From an uncultured virus (IMG/VR IMGVR_UViG_3300025921_000010) (taxonomy: Duplodnaviria > Heunggongvirae > Uroviricota > Caudoviricetes > Crassvirales), in the IMG/VR virus record IMGVR_UViG_3300025921_000010: a DNA stretch of 64,000 nucleotides. One strand, given 5' to 3'. Shown piece after piece: positions 30,134 to 39,313 of this stretch (its first letter is position 1; each line of letters begins with the position of its first letter). Both the position numbers and the translations under genes were made by a program. The notes beneath the pieces were generated by a model. The model worked only from the letters and a program-made list of their open reading frames with translations, did not search any database and was not told the origin of the DNA.

Positions 30134-31117
30134 TTATGGGCAAGCTACCAGTCGTCTCCGTTCGGGATTGTATTCGTAATCCGACCAACTACAACTTTTG
30201 AATGTTGCCCTATGATTTACCCACCGCGTAAATGCTTTTTGGTAGCCATCGTCTCTTTTGTAAGGCATGACAAACGGCATTGCTCCCATTTCTCTAAGTG
30301 TCATTACCCGCTCCATGTCCTGATCAGGCGTTGTATCAAATCCAATCAGTACAAAAAACTGCATGTGTTTCGTTGGTATGCCAGCCTTTACGCAGCGTTC
30401 AATTCCAGATTTAACAATCTTGCCGTCTTTATATTTATCCCAGGCAAACGTTAGATACTTCTGATTGAACTTTGAATTTTGAAAATTACATTTTGCCAAT
30501 AGTTCTGCCTGTTCATCAGTTATAATTCGAATATTCAGCCCTTGCACAAAGCAAACTTTCAATTTCAATTCAATTATCCTTTCAAGGTTCACTTTCCAAT
30601 CGGTGCCGCCAAAGAAGTCGTTATCTAAAAGCATTAATCTATTGCCACCGTTAGGGTTGATAAGTATTTCATCAATCGTGTTATAATTCTTTGGTCTACC
30701 TTCTTTTTTTGGCACACAACAGAATTTGCAGGCAAAGCGGCAACCCTTCATACTAAACCCTAAATGATAATTGCAGTTAGGATAAAGAGAATAAGAAGGC
30801 GTTGCCCCTTCTATTTCTTCAGGCAAGCGGTTAAAGAAATCAATACCAGTACCACCGATCACAGCGTTTGGCGGCATTTGCGGCATTGGGGTAAAGGCAA
30901 AGATTTTGCTCATGTAAATCTTATCGTAAGTTTCGGCAAACATCAATCCATCGTACCAGCGAACTTCATCACCTAAAGCCTCATGGTAGCCGCAAATTTT
31001 CATTATTGCAAGGTTGGGTATCTTGCCATCCAAAGCAGCTACTCCGATTGCCCGCCTGCCCATAACATTGGTATTGCTGCTATGTGGGCTGACGGAAGTA
31101 ATTGAGCTTTTGTTCAT
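30134..31117 (-). CDS. radical SAM protein with attC-encoded leader (cassette 12)
   Basis: CxxxCxxC motif (GCRFACKFC), PNLAIMK, LLDNDF. Confidence 0.88.
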   Translation of the reverse strand: MNKSSITSVSPHSSNTNVMGRRAIGVAALDGKIPNLAIMKICGYHEALGDEVRWYDGLMFAETYDKIYMSKIFAFTPMPQMPPNAVIGGTGIDFFNRLPEEIEGATPSYSLYPNCNYHLGFSMKGCRFACKFCCVPKKEGRPKNYNTIDEILINPNGGNRLMLLDNDFFGGTDWKVNLERIIELKLKVCFVQGLNIRIITDEQAELLAKCNFQNSKFNQKYLTFAWDKYKDGKIVKSGIERCVKAGIPTKHMQFFVLIGFDTTPDQDMERVMTLREMGAMPFVMPYKRDDGYQKAFTRWVNHRATFKSCSWSDYEYNPERRRLVACP

Positions 31118-31185
31118 TTTATTATCTTTAGTAAGTTATTCGGCTGACGTGCTTCGATTTCCCACACATCAGCAATACCCGTCCG
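31057..31185 (+). repeat. attC-like site 12 (129 bp)
   Basis: TGCCCATAAC complements GTTATGGGCA at 30133. Confidence 0.87.
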
Positions 31186-31461
31186 TTATCTTATTATAAA
31201 TTTTAAAGTGTGTAATATCCTTGCCGCCTCTCTTAATGTCTCGTTCGTAAATCTTAACCCGGTGGCCCGGCACTCTCTTACTAATTCTGTTTTTAGTTCT
31301 TCTGGTAAATCTTCAATCTTTTTCATTCCTTCGTTTAAAAATAACTGGTACCTTCTTAATAGAACTCTTTTAGGGACTGCACTTGTAATCAAAAAATCTA
31401 ACATGCTTTTCTCTCTTTGGTACATTTCAGAAAACCTGGCTGATATTTCTATTTCAATCAT
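31186..31461 (-). CDS. hypothetical protein (backbone; its stop codon forms the array boundary)
   Basis: coupled to the DnaC-like gene. Confidence 0.65.
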   Translation of the reverse strand: MIEIEISARFSEMYQREKSMLDFLITSAVPKRVLLRRYQLFLNEGMKKIEDLPEELKTELVRECRATGLRFTNETLREAARILHTLKFIIR

Positions 31462-32327
31462 CTTCTTAAATCTTTTCCGGTAACATCAATAACATTGAAC
31501 ATTTCTTTCATCCTGCTTCTTACTCTGAATCCGTATTTTTCCTGGATTTGGTCAAAGTTTAAATTTGTAGAAATGATTAGTCTGGAATAATCGTTACTGT
31601 TTAAATAATAAGATTCTAAAAACTCTTTGAACCAGTTAATCTTTGAGCCATAATGATTTATGGTTTCTTCACTTCCAACATCATCCAGATAGATCACTTT
31701 CCCTTTTACCTGGCATCCGCCGTATTCTCTCACTTCCTCCGCCACATCAATCATTGAATGAATAGAAATAGGTTTTATGCGGTTATCTTTTACACAAGTA
31801 AACAGATATGTTTTTCCAAGTCCTGAAATTCCTCTAATCAATAACCCTTTTCCTAAAGAACCTCCAAAGCGTGGATCTTCTGAAAGAAAAAAACAAATAG
31901 CTTTTATAAGAGGTTTATTATATTCGTTTTGAATTAACTTTTTACCCTGCCTTAAACTTCCTTCTGCCATAACTTTAAAAAAATAATATGCATCACATTG
32001 TTTTTTTAATTTTTCATACTCGATACTTTCCTGCTCAGCTTGTCTTTTTAATTCCGATTTTATTTCAATTTCAGCGTGTTTATTTTCATTGGCGGTTCTC
32101 AGGATAGCTTCTGTATTAATTTCTTTTTCCCATTCGACAGATAATACTTTTAATTCGATATTAGCGGCTGATTCCCCTTTGCTCCATAACTTCCAAGCAA
32201 GATGCTTTTTTTTCGCCTCTATTGCGTTCCTAATAGCCTCCTCGCACTCTTTTTCGGTAATGATCATTTCATAATTGGTCAAATTCGATTGTTTCTCCAA
32301 CGGAAGTATGTTTTTTATTAGTTGCAT
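31458..32327 (-). CDS. DnaC/IstB-like AAA+ ATPase (helicase loader)
   Basis: GISGLGKT, IYLDDVG, IISTNL, RVRSRMKEM. Confidence 0.88.
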   Translation of the reverse strand: MQLIKNILPLEKQSNLTNYEMIITEKECEEAIRNAIEAKKKHLAWKLWSKGESAANIELKVLSVEWEKEINTEAILRTANENKHAEIEIKSELKRQAEQESIEYEKLKKQCDAYYFFKVMAEGSLRQGKKLIQNEYNKPLIKAICFFLSEDPRFGGSLGKGLLIRGISGLGKTYLFTCVKDNRIKPISIHSMIDVAEEVREYGGCQVKGKVIYLDDVGSEETINHYGSKINWFKEFLESYYLNSNDYSRLIISTNLNFDQIQEKYGFRVRSRMKEMFNVIDVTGKDLRR

Positions 32328-32997
32328 TTTTTTGCTTTTTAAAATCTTTTTTTATAATCCAGTTTATAAAATGTGAGTACACGGCTTCCTTGTCTGGGTA
32401 ATACCTTTTCCCAGTTAAATTTTGGTTTTTAAAAATATTCCACATGGTTTTTACTTCGTCTTCTTCCAGGTCCACCTGACATGTAATCTTAACCATTTCC
32501 TTTGCTGATTGAATTGTAGTTTTCGGCGCGGCGGCCAAATCTTCCGCGTGGGGCATGGAAGGAAACGTAGAATCTTTTAAAGGAATTTTTACGCAATCAT
32601 TAATAATAATATCATTATCATTTACATTAACAGTAACATTATCATTTACATTATCAGTTATATTTGTTATCGGACTTATAACCACCTTATCATCCGTTAT
32701 AACATCTTGTAACGTGGTTATAGGTTCTTCTCCTTTACCCCATCGTTTTTCCATTCCTTTTATTCCTGAATTAGATAATTTTTTCTTTTTTGTCTCAAAT
32801 TTTTTAAGGTCTCTTTTTAATTGCTGTTTAACCGGCTCAAATACCAAATCAACTACCATATCATCTATTACGGGGTTTTCGTCATTCACATAAGAAAGGA
32901 TAACCATAAACAATTCCCCAGCTTTTTCTCTTGGCATCTTTTTTACGGTGTGTATTAAATCTGCGTACAAGATGAACGAATTTTTATTTTCAGCCAT
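32269..32997 (-). CDS. replication initiator (DUF6291-like N-terminus)
   Basis: KNSFILYAD...AGELF; DNVNDNV low-complexity tract; precedes the loader gene. Confidence 0.75.
   Translation of the reverse strand: MAENKNSFILYADLIHTVKKMPREKAGELFMVILSYVNDENPVIDDMVVDLVFEPVKQQLKRDLKKFETKKKKLSNSGIKGMEKRWGKGEEPITTLQDVITDDKVVISPITNITDNVNDNVTVNVNDNDIIINDCVKIPLKDSTFPSMPHAEDLAAAPKTTIQSAKEMVKITCQVDLEEDEVKTMWNIFKNQNLTGKRYYPDKEAVYSHFINWIIKKDFKKQKNATNKKHTSVGETIEFDQL
32610..32725. repeat. iteron-like repeats, putative replication origin
   Basis: repeated CATTATCATTTACATTA and GTTAT/TTATAAC inside the initiator gene, as in lambdoid O genes. Confidence 0.5.
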
Positions 32998-33046
32998 AAA
33001 TCAGTGTTTTTATTTCTCTTTTAAATCAGTAGTTCCTTTGGGGTAT

Positions 33047-33871
33047 TTAAAACAAAACCGGTGCTATTTTTGAAATTTTTGTTTTCGCAAATCCGAGTTC
33101 TTTAATCTCCTCCCTCATTAATTTTTCCTCCGATAGCCAGTTATTGGCCTTTGTAAAAAAATCCTTCTTAATTTCAAAGCCATACGCTTTTCTGTTTAAT
33201 CTTTCGGCAGCGATTAAAGTAGAACCGCTACCGGCAACCGGATCAATAACTACATCTCCAGGATCTGTAAATATTCCTATCAATGTTTTTAAAAGTTCCA
33301 CAGGTTTTTGAGTTGGGTGTATTTTTTCACTATCATTATCGCGTGGCCAATCCATGCAATTAAAAATCATTTTACCATCATTCCTGAATTTTGGGAGCCG
33401 CTCACGGTAAAGAACTAAACCATATTCACAGTTGCCTACAATTTTCATATTCGCCTTTAATACTTGAGCAGAAAAATTCTTTCTGAAAACGAGATTTATA
33501 TAATTGTTCAAACCGTATCTTTTAGCGAGTTCAATTAAATACATTTGTTGATCAAAGGCGCAAAAAATAATCATACATGGCGCATCGCCTTTCTGTCTTG
33601 CCTCACCTTCTACTTTTACTTTTTTAGTTTCAGATTTTAGCATGGTGCTGCAGAAGTGCATAAATTCTGCAGGTCTAAAATCTTCATCAGTATCAAAAAA
33701 ATTCTTTCCAGCTAATTCACTTTCTCCGTTTTTATTATCGCCGTCCTTGTACCACGCAGGATTTGAAGCGTAAGCCTTATCGGAAAGGTTATACGGTATG
33801 TCCGCTATTATAAGTTGCGCTCTCGGTATTGCATATTTTTTGAAATTTTGAAAGTGGTCTCTGTATATCAT
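33047..33871 (-). CDS. N6-adenine/N4-cytosine DNA methyltransferase (beta class)
   Basis: IADIPY, HPTQKP, VIDPVAGSGST. Confidence 0.92.
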   Translation of the reverse strand: MIYRDHFQNFKKYAIPRAQLIIADIPYNLSDKAYASNPAWYKDGDNKNGESELAGKNFFDTDEDFRPAEFMHFCSTMLKSETKKVKVEGEARQKGDAPCMIIFCAFDQQMYLIELAKRYGLNNYINLVFRKNFSAQVLKANMKIVGNCEYGLVLYRERLPKFRNDGKMIFNCMDWPRDNDSEKIHPTQKPVELLKTLIGIFTDPGDVVIDPVAGSGSTLIAAERLNRKAYGFEIKKDFFTKANNWLSEEKLMREEIKELGFAKTKISKIAPVLF

Positions 33872-34119
33872 AATTTTCACGCTGCGTACCAATCTTTCAT
33901 GGCATCGATGTTAAAAATACTTTTATCTTCTACCTGTGTTACTTTTTTATTCCTGTTGTGCGGATATTTTGCCAGTCCCTCTTCTCTTTTAAATTTCTGG
34001 ACATGAAATCTCCCCGTACCGATTATATTGGCAATCTCCGGCTCTGTTAATTTCAGGTAGTTCATTCGGATGAAGTTCTTTTGATGATCGTTTAATTCTA
34101 TTCGCATTTGTTTATATAA

Positions 34120-34404
34120 TTAATTTTCTATCCACCATTGTTTTGCACCGCCTTTTAATGTTGTTTCCTTAATCTCAATTCCGGCATCTCTTAAATCTGA
34201 AATTCGTTTCCTGTATTCGCACATATCGAACCTTCTCATTATGTCCCGGCCTGTTAATCTTTCACCCCGTTTCATGGCATCGTAAATCAGTTTACAGTTA
34301 TGATTTAAGCGGTCGTACTGGTCGAACAAAATTTGCTCACTATGGCTATTGTTTTCGCGGGTGTGCGTTACCTGGTTCCAGTCTATTGTTAATTGCTGTA
34401 ACAT
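34120..34404 (-). CDS. winged helix-turn-helix protein
   Basis: GERLTGRD...RKRISDLRDAGIEI. Confidence 0.7.
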   Translation of the reverse strand: MLQQLTIDWNQVTHTRENNSHSEQILFDQYDRLNHNCKLIYDAMKRGERLTGRDIMRRFDMCEYRKRISDLRDAGIEIKETTLKGGAKQWWIEN

Positions 34405-34765
34405 GGTTAAAGATTTTTAATTAAAATTTTTCTATATTCCAAACCTCCATTTAAAATATGTTCCAATAAGGCAACGTTCTTTCGCTTTTTCATCAACTCT
34501 TTTAATGTTGGACGATACCATTCAATGGTCGGTGTTTGGTTTGGTGCAGCGTCAATATAGAATGTACTTTTAGCCATTCTGCCACATTTTTCACAACTAA
34601 AAAAGAACGGTGTTACACCTGAATCAATGTCTTTTGTTTTAGTGATGTGGCCACAGTCGCACTTATAACAATTAACCCGATTAGTTAAATCAACTTTGTA
34701 AAATTCATCGTTTGCAACATCGTGCATCAATTTGTTGTATCGTCTTTCGACTTCTCTTTGACTTA

Positions 34766-35128
34766 TCATATTTCTTTTTTTAATCGTGATTTTTTAAAAC
34801 CTTTTTCTCTTGCCTCTAAATCTTTTATTTCTACTTGTAAATTGCAAGAACCGCAAGAGGGAACCCATTCTGATTGATCTCTTAATTTGCTTCCTATTCT
34901 ACCTGCCGGATGATGAATGCAAACCGCTTTATTTGTACAACCTCCCATCCTTATTTTACAAAATTCATTTCCCGGTTTCGCTAAAAAGGCTTTCATTTCA
35001 GGAATGTATTTTCTCATTTCAGCAGCCAAACTTTTTGAGCGCTTTGGTATTTGATACACCTTTTTTTCTTCCTTTACTCCAAGTCCTAATTTTTGCTTCT
35101 GGCGTTCGAGTAGGTATTTATCAGTCAT
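34766..35128 (-). CDS. HNH-like nuclease
   Basis: C...C...IHHPAGR...CGSCN. Confidence 0.6.
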   Translation of the reverse strand: MTDKYLLERQKQKLGLGVKEEKKVYQIPKRSKSLAAEMRKYIPEMKAFLAKPGNEFCKIRMGGCTNKAVCIHHPAGRIGSKLRDQSEWVPSCGSCNLQVEIKDLEAREKGFKKSRLKKEI

Positions 35129-35291
35129 TCCGCTTCATTTAGTTTTTCCAGCAAATCTTTTATTGCTTCTATTTCTGTTTCGCCGTGACCGATTATAGAA
35201 TCTTCGTCTAATGTTTCATCCCATGCGCTCCAATCAAAAGTTCTAATCGGAATAGGCGGGTAATCGTAACTTGTTTTAATTGTCATTGTAT

Positions 35292-35732
35292 TTAATTTTG
35301 AAACATTGGTACTTGTGTATTCGGTGGCGGTATTACTACTCCTAACATTTCTGCTGCGAATTGAGCTATCCTGTCTATGTAATCATTAAATTCGGTTGTT
35401 GTTAATTTGGTCGTGCTGCCAATTGTTTCTATCACTTCGCCGGTTTCTTCATTGGCTATTTGTTTTTTTAAAAACATGAATTTCATTAGGTCGTGTACTT
35501 GCTCATTGGAAGTTATTTCTCTGTAACCAACATCTATTAATCCGTCTTTAACCAAAGGAATTACGCCTGACCAATAATATTTATTCTGTGGACTTGTCCT
35601 TTTCTTGCTATTCTCAATCGAAATCAAATAAGAACCGTCCTTTAATGCCTCAAATGCTTTCCTTATCACTTGCTTATTAGTGATTTGATTGTGGGTGATA
35701 TGAACAAAAATTTGAGTTTTCAAAGCTGCCAA
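35292..35732 (-). CDS. NinB-like recombination protein
   Basis: KRTSPQNKYYW, STTKLTTTEFNDYIDRI. Confidence 0.75.
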   Translation of the reverse strand: MAALKTQIFVHITHNQITNKQVIRKAFEALKDGSYLISIENSKKRTSPQNKYYWSGVIPLVKDGLIDVGYREITSNEQVHDLMKFMFLKKQIANEETGEVIETIGSTTKLTTTEFNDYIDRIAQFAAEMLGVVIPPPNTQVPMFQN

Positions 35733-36267
35733 AAATTGGTTTTGTCTTTAGGTTCAATATCGGTACACCACAAACCTTTAGTTGAATCGTAATGATGTAA
35801 TAAACTTTTTACTCTTAAAATTGCCGGTAGGTAATACTTAAAAAATGCCTTTACTTCTTTCATTTTATTTTTCATTTTAATTTTCTTATTAGTGGTTCAA
35901 CAATATGTTTCTGATAAGATTCTAAAGTGTACTTGCTTAATATTTCTTCGCTCTTTTCTTTTTCGCCTCTCAATAAACTTTCGTGTAAAAGTTTAAATTT
36001 CAGGTTCGGGATAAGAGGCTTTCTCTCGGTTCCTAATACGTTATGATTGTAGAGGTTCATTTAATCGGTTTAAAATTGCATCTGCCACTAAATCATAATT
36101 CATGTCTTTTTCTTGCAACTTGTGAAAAGTGCCGTCATTGATCTGTATCAGTACATCACCGGTAGAAGTTTTTTCAATGCCGTAAATTCTTACAGGGATA
36201 ACCGTTTCGGTCTTTACCGGCTCCTTAAACTTTACAGGTGCATGAGATAATATTTCTTTTAGCTTGC

Positions 36268-36756
36268 TCATTTCTGTAAAGTAATTTTGTAAGAACTTGT
36301 TGAAGATTTTGAAGGAGGGAAAACGGGTATCAGCTCATCATCAAACCTAATTTCCAAACCTTCAGATGGGATTGTTTTTAGAAACGCTTCTCTTTCTTTT
36401 AATGAGTTTTGGGCGCTTAGTAATTTTTGAGAATACATTCCGTAAATAGGATCTCCGCAATTTTCATAATTGTATTTTGTTCCCGTCTCGCAGCACTCTA
36501 TTTTAGCACCGGAATTTGAAACAAATCCTTTTGGATATTTAGCGGCTTCCTCTCTCACATAATCTTTGAATTGTGAGTTGTCTTTTACTTCTTTAATGAA
36601 ACTTTCCATTGCCGATAGTCCTTCGGCAGCTTTCAAGGGATTGCCCTCAGCTAATACTTTTTCAACAAATTCTTCTGACAGGTTTTTTATATCAGATTTT
36701 GTAAGTCCTTTTTCAAAGGATTCAATGACTTCCATTTGTTCAGTTTGCGTTTGCAT
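36268..36756 (-). CDS. conserved hypothetical protein
   Basis: 162 aa ORF adjacent to ERF. Confidence 0.6.
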   Translation of the reverse strand: MQTQTEQMEVIESFEKGLTKSDIKNLSEEFVEKVLAEGNPLKAAEGLSAMESFIKEVKDNSQFKDYVREEAAKYPKGFVSNSGAKIECCETGTKYNYENCGDPIYGMYSQKLLSAQNSLKEREAFLKTIPSEGLEIRFDDELIPVFPPSKSSTSSYKITLQK

Positions 36757-37327
36757 GATTCATTTCTTTTACTGCGTTATTTAATAGGGTTTCAACTTCT
36801 TTACTCACTTTCATTACTTCTCTTATTTTCGGGATAGTGGTTTGGCCGGCAACAATTTTTTTAACGGCTCCATCAAATTCTTTCGTTCCTTTATTTAACC
36901 AGGGTTTGTTGTTTTCTTCGGCAGCCTGTGGAGATTTGCCGCCATGAGTAGCCGTGTTTGCGTCATCATCTTCATCAATGTTTAACCCCAGTATAGAAGA
37001 AAGCGCATAGCGTCTTTGGTAGGTTATCACTGATCCTTTGCCCTGTGGATCATTCTTTACAGGCTGCATTGTGTAATCGCTTTGAATGTACTCACCGCTT
37101 TCACCGTGCATGAGAATTGTGGTCAATCCATTTTCGCCTGTTGGAAATTGCGTAAATGCCAACCCGCTTTCTTCTAAAGGAATCTGTATTGCATCGAGAA
37201 TGTTTGATAGTGATGCGTATTTACTTTTAAAAAATGGATTTGTCGCATCCTTTTTTACTATTTCAACTTTCGTATGAAAAAGAATTAACGCTTTCGCTAT
37301 TTCTTTAATTGAATTACTTTTTTCCAT
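36740..37327 (-). CDS. erf: ERF-family single-strand annealing protein
   Basis: NPFFKSKYASL, QGKGSVITYQRRYAL, DDDAN. Confidence 0.9.
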   Translation of the reverse strand: MEKSNSIKEIAKALILFHTKVEIVKKDATNPFFKSKYASLSNILDAIQIPLEESGLAFTQFPTGENGLTTILMHGESGEYIQSDYTMQPVKNDPQGKGSVITYQRRYALSSILGLNIDEDDDANTATHGGKSPQAAEENNKPWLNKGTKEFDGAVKKIVAGQTTIPKIREVMKVSKEVETLLNNAVKEMNHANAN

Positions 37328-38213
37328 AACTTTTTGTTTTAAGTGTTTTTTAATTGCTGTTTGCGCAGCGTTATTTCCATCCAATATGCTCGTGACTGAT
37401 AATTTCTAATTGAAATTTTGTTGAGAGATTCATTGAATGCCGGTTCTTCCGATAATAAGCATTCAGTTCTTCAGGTATGTACATTTGATTTGTTGCAATA
37501 ACCTCACGATTAGAAAAATATTCGTGCCCCTTGTCTGTGATTCTGACCTTTACGTCGTAGATGTTTTTAGGCATATTTTTAAGTTTTATTGTTGAATCAA
37601 TTTTTCATAGTCAATCTTCTCTCTTTTTTCTTTCTTGTTCCACTTTGTTCTTGATGTGAACTTCCCGGTGATCATCCGGTCAAATCCGGCTTTCTTGTTT
37701 AAGAGTAAAATAAGATGTGTGTTCATTCTGATTCAATTTCTATTTTGCTTAAAATCTCATTTGCGTAATTCCAGCTATCAATTTTCTTTTGGAATCGGGC
37801 TACCTTTAAATCTTTGCGTCTTTGTTCGATCTCTGCCGCTTTCCTGTCCTTTCTACCTTGCAAGTACACTATTGTTCCAAGTACACCCATGAAGGAAAAA
37901 TAAAAACCAGCTAAGTATATCATAAGAGTTAATTTTTAAAATTTCTTATTTCTTCTTCGTAATCAATTTTGCGCTTCGATTCTTTCCAGTCCTTCTTTAA
38001 TGTTCTTATATCTTTCAGACATAACCATGTGAAAGAAAATATTCCCATTATTATCAGAATACCAGCGAATATGTTCATTGCAGTTCCCATTTTGCAGTTG
38101 TTTTAATTGCTTTCTTAAAAATATTTTGTGTTCAAAAGAGCGCGGTTTTTCAAGCATTTCAGTATAATGTTCTATCTGAAATTTTAATAAGTCGGATGGT
38201 GTGATTACGTGCA

Positions 38214-38579
38214 TCAGCTTAATAATTCAGGGTTGTCGTGAATGTTTCCAATTACTTTTCTTCTTTCGTCATTTTCTAAAAACTGGTAAAGAGAATATTG
38301 GTAAGTAGGAAATTTTATTACCCATTTATCTTCAAACCAACTTACAACTCCAATTGCTGTTTTATTAGTATTATTGAAAATGTCGGCTTCGTAAATTTCT
38401 TTTCCTTTGCCGTTCTTATCTCTTAAGCCTGTGTATTGCATTACAATCGCGTCTGTACGAATATTTTGAAAAAAGAATCGCAGATAATCCCATTCTGAAT
38501 AATTCATTTCATTAACATAAGCATCGGAATAAAGCATTACACCGTCGTCCCATGTTCTGAATTTTATTTCTCTTTTCAT
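38214..38579 (-). CDS. YopX-family protein
   Basis: MKREIKFR, MQYTGLRDKNG, VIGNIHDNPELL. Confidence 0.9.
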   Translation of the reverse strand: MKREIKFRTWDDGVMLYSDAYVNEMNYSEWDYLRFFFQNIRTDAIVMQYTGLRDKNGKGKEIYEADIFNNTNKTAIGVVSWFEDKWVIKFPTYQYSLYQFLENDERRKVIGNIHDNPELLS

Positions 38580-38582
38580 GAT

Positions 38583-39308
38583 TTAAAATTGTATATTAAA
38601 CCCACCTGTTAAAGAATATGAACTATTAGTATAAAGTGCTTCTGCGAATAATCCGCCGTTATCTGTAATCCGCAATTGGTATTTAAGAGCATACCCTACT
38701 TCCCATCTATTCATGCTTACATCATCTGCATTACGGTAATTATACAGTGCTCCGATTGATGGAATAAAGCCGTGTAGATTATAGCCTAATTTGGCTCCGA
38801 GATAAGCCGGTGCATTAGTTTCTCTGGTGATGGTAGGCTGCAAAATCCCTTCTGCTACTACATTTCCGAGCTGATAACCTGCAGAGATCTTCATAACAGG
38901 CACTACACAATTCGGAACTTTTGCGGCCTTTGTGACTTTAGCGACACCGCCGCCAAAGTCAACAAAAGCCTGTGAAAAAGTGGTAACATAGGTAAGCATG
39001 ATTACTACTACGAAGAGTGCCTTAGTAATCATATCCATCTGGTTTTTCAATACTTTCTGATAAGCTAATGTGGGTATTTCTGCAAGGGTTTCGTTTGCAA
39101 TTTTTATAGAGTTCCAATAACCCTGTGCGGCCTGATCTGCTGCGTTTCTTATTGGTCTGTAATAAACTGGCATCTTTTCAAGTTCTGCGATGTCGATCGG
39201 CAATCCCTGAAATTCAATTGAAAGAATCCTGGTCCTGTTTTCAGACAGTGTTTCAAACTTAACTGTGAAAACTGCTGTGCCTATTGTGGCTTCGGTATAA
39301 TTTATCAT
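38583..39308 (-). CDS. putative outer-membrane beta-barrel protein (internal start ~39038 possible)
   Basis: internal signal-peptide-like segment, amphipathic strands, C-terminal GGFNIQF. Confidence 0.6.
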   Translation of the reverse strand: MINYTEATIGTAVFTVKFETLSENRTRILSIEFQGLPIDIAELEKMPVYYRPIRNAADQAAQGYWNSIKIANETLAEIPTLAYQKVLKNQMDMITKALFVVVIMLTYVTTFSQAFVDFGGGVAKVTKAAKVPNCVVPVMKISAGYQLGNVVAEGILQPTITRETNAPAYLGAKLGYNLHGFIPSIGALYNYRNADDVSMNRWEVGYALKYQLRITDNGGLFAEALYTNSSYSLTGGFNIQF

Positions 39309-39313
39309 TTGGG

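Larger units (their letters stand above)
25039..31190 (+). mobile_element. array of 12 integron-like cassettes with attC-like sites and no integron integrase (CALIN-like)
   Basis: each ORF segment is bracketed by G|TTN7 and its own reverse complement N7AAC (8-10 of 10 matches), followed by a long imperfect hairpin. Confidence 0.88.

Noticed and set aside
26457..30137. DGR template/variable repeat pair
   Set aside because: The copies are identical with no adenine-specific changes, and no reverse transcriptase is visible
25039..31190. CRISPR array or plain terminators/REP elements as an explanation of the hairpins
   Set aside because: Spacers are whole genes, repeats are 92-195 bp and divergent, there are no U-tracts or cas genes, and cassette-specific end complementarity is not explained by these classes
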